Of a stretch of DNA of 35,350 bases, positions 34,497 to 35,350 are shown in pieces. A program made the translations under genes and the position numbers. Every line of letters starts with the position of its first letter. Within the stretch, counting starts at the first letter, position 1. The notes below the pieces were generated by a model that was not told the DNA's origin, did not search any database, and saw nothing but the letters and a program-made list of their open reading frames with translations. The stretch is from Patescibacteria group bacterium (GTDB taxonomy: Bacteria > Patescibacteriota > Minisyncoccia > UBA10092): contig JAHJZO010000023.1 of assembly GCA_018826255.1 (NCBI GenBank), forward strand, positions 1 to 35,350. Direction: 5' to 3'.

Positions 34497-35350
34497 AGAA
34501 CTTCTTTTAACGGCTTTACTGGCAAGCGCTTTAACTGCCATTATCGTCAGTTTTATTTTAGGAGCGATATCCATTGATCTTTTTATTTTTGATTTCTTTC
34601 AGAAAACTCCATCCGCTACAAGTACGTCCCAAGGTTTAAATTTAAAACCGTCAGTTGAGATTTACAAACCCCTGGATTATGAAGATAAAGTTATTAGCGC
34701 CGTTAAATCCGCTTCGCCGGCGGTGGTGGCTATAACGATTTCAAAAAATGTTCCGATTATTGAACAATGCCCTTATAATCCCTTTTCCGATTTGCCGCCG
34801 GAATTCCAACAATTTTTCGGGCAAAATTTTCAATTCTATCAGCCCTGCCAAAAAGGAACTAAGCTTCAAGAGGTTGGAGGCAGCAGCGGCTTTGTAATAT
34901 CAAGCGATGGCCTAATTTTAACCAATAAACACGTAGTTTCCGATACCGCAGCCGAATATACGGTCTTTACAAATGACGGGAAAAAATATCCGGCAAAAGT
35001 TTTAGCCCGCGATCCCAATATTGATATTGCCGTGATGAAAATTGATGCCATAAATTTGCCCAAAGTCAAACTTGGCAATTCCGACTCAATTCAAGTTGGC
35101 CAAGCCGCCATAGCCATAGGTAACGCCCTTGGCGAATTTAGGAATACTGTCAGCGTTGGCATTGTCTCTGGGCTTTCCCGCAATATAACCGCATCGGGAG
35201 GTGGCATAAGCGAGTCGATAACCGGGGTAATCCAAACTGACGCGTCGATAAATCCCGGCAATTCCGGAGGACCGCTCTTAAATCTACGAGGCGAAGTCAT
35301 TGGTGTTAACACGGCAATGGTGCAAGGCGCTCAAAATATCGGCTTTTCCA
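34477..35350 (+). CDS. htrA: HtrA/DegP-family serine protease (partial, runs off the right edge)
   Basis: Manual translation from ATG 34477: TM, SPAVV, GFVISSDGLILTNKHVV, DIAVMKI, IQTDASINPGNSGGPL. Confidence 0.93.
   Translation, partial: MKNYSFRELLLTALLASALTAIIVSFILGAISIDLFIFDFFQKTPSATSTSQGLNLKPSVEIYKPLDYEDKVISAVKSASPAVVAITISKNVPIIEQCPYNPFSDLPPEFQQFFGQNFQFYQPCQKGTKLQEVGGSSGFVISSDGLILTNKHVVSDTAAEYTVFTNDGKKYPAKVLARDPNIDIAVMKIDAINLPKVKLGNSDSIQVGQAAIAIGNALGEFRNTVSVGIVSGLSRNITASGGGISESITGVIQTDASINPGNSGGPLLNLRGEVIGVNTAMVQGAQNIGFS

Overview
Gene-dense, AT-rich bacterial chromosome segment made mostly of housekeeping genes. It contains secG, groES-groEL-rpsP-khpA-trmD, rplJ-rplL with an L10 leader, a reduced mraZ-rsmH-ftsL-like-PBP-ddl cluster, murF, rplU, recR, dnaB, cysS, corA, CIRCE-hrcA-grpE-dnaK-dnaJ, ftsEX, four tRNAs lacking encoded CCA, iscS and a partial htrA. 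Gene content, shortened proteins and mostly SD-less starts suggest a Patescibacteria/CPR (Parcubacteria-like) genome; this is inference. The strongest unexplained signal is a set of tiny palindromic elements in several families. They sit in frame inside essential genes (trmD, rsmH, ddl, cysS twice, grpE, iscS) and also in intergenic DNA; in two cases a TTGAC duplication lets a clean empty site be reconstructed. Other candidates: an RmuC + DEDD exonuclease + Cas4-like nuclease operon without CRISPR; a micro-ORF + CcdA-like + Cys/His helical protein + thioredoxin operon; a divergent pyrD-pyrC pair lacking the canonical carbamylated Lys; boxA-like leaders on SD-led accessory genes; a mini-HrcA with a decayed groE CIRCE; and DnaA boxes around the mraZ promoter. 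All calls come from reading the sequence; no searches were run.
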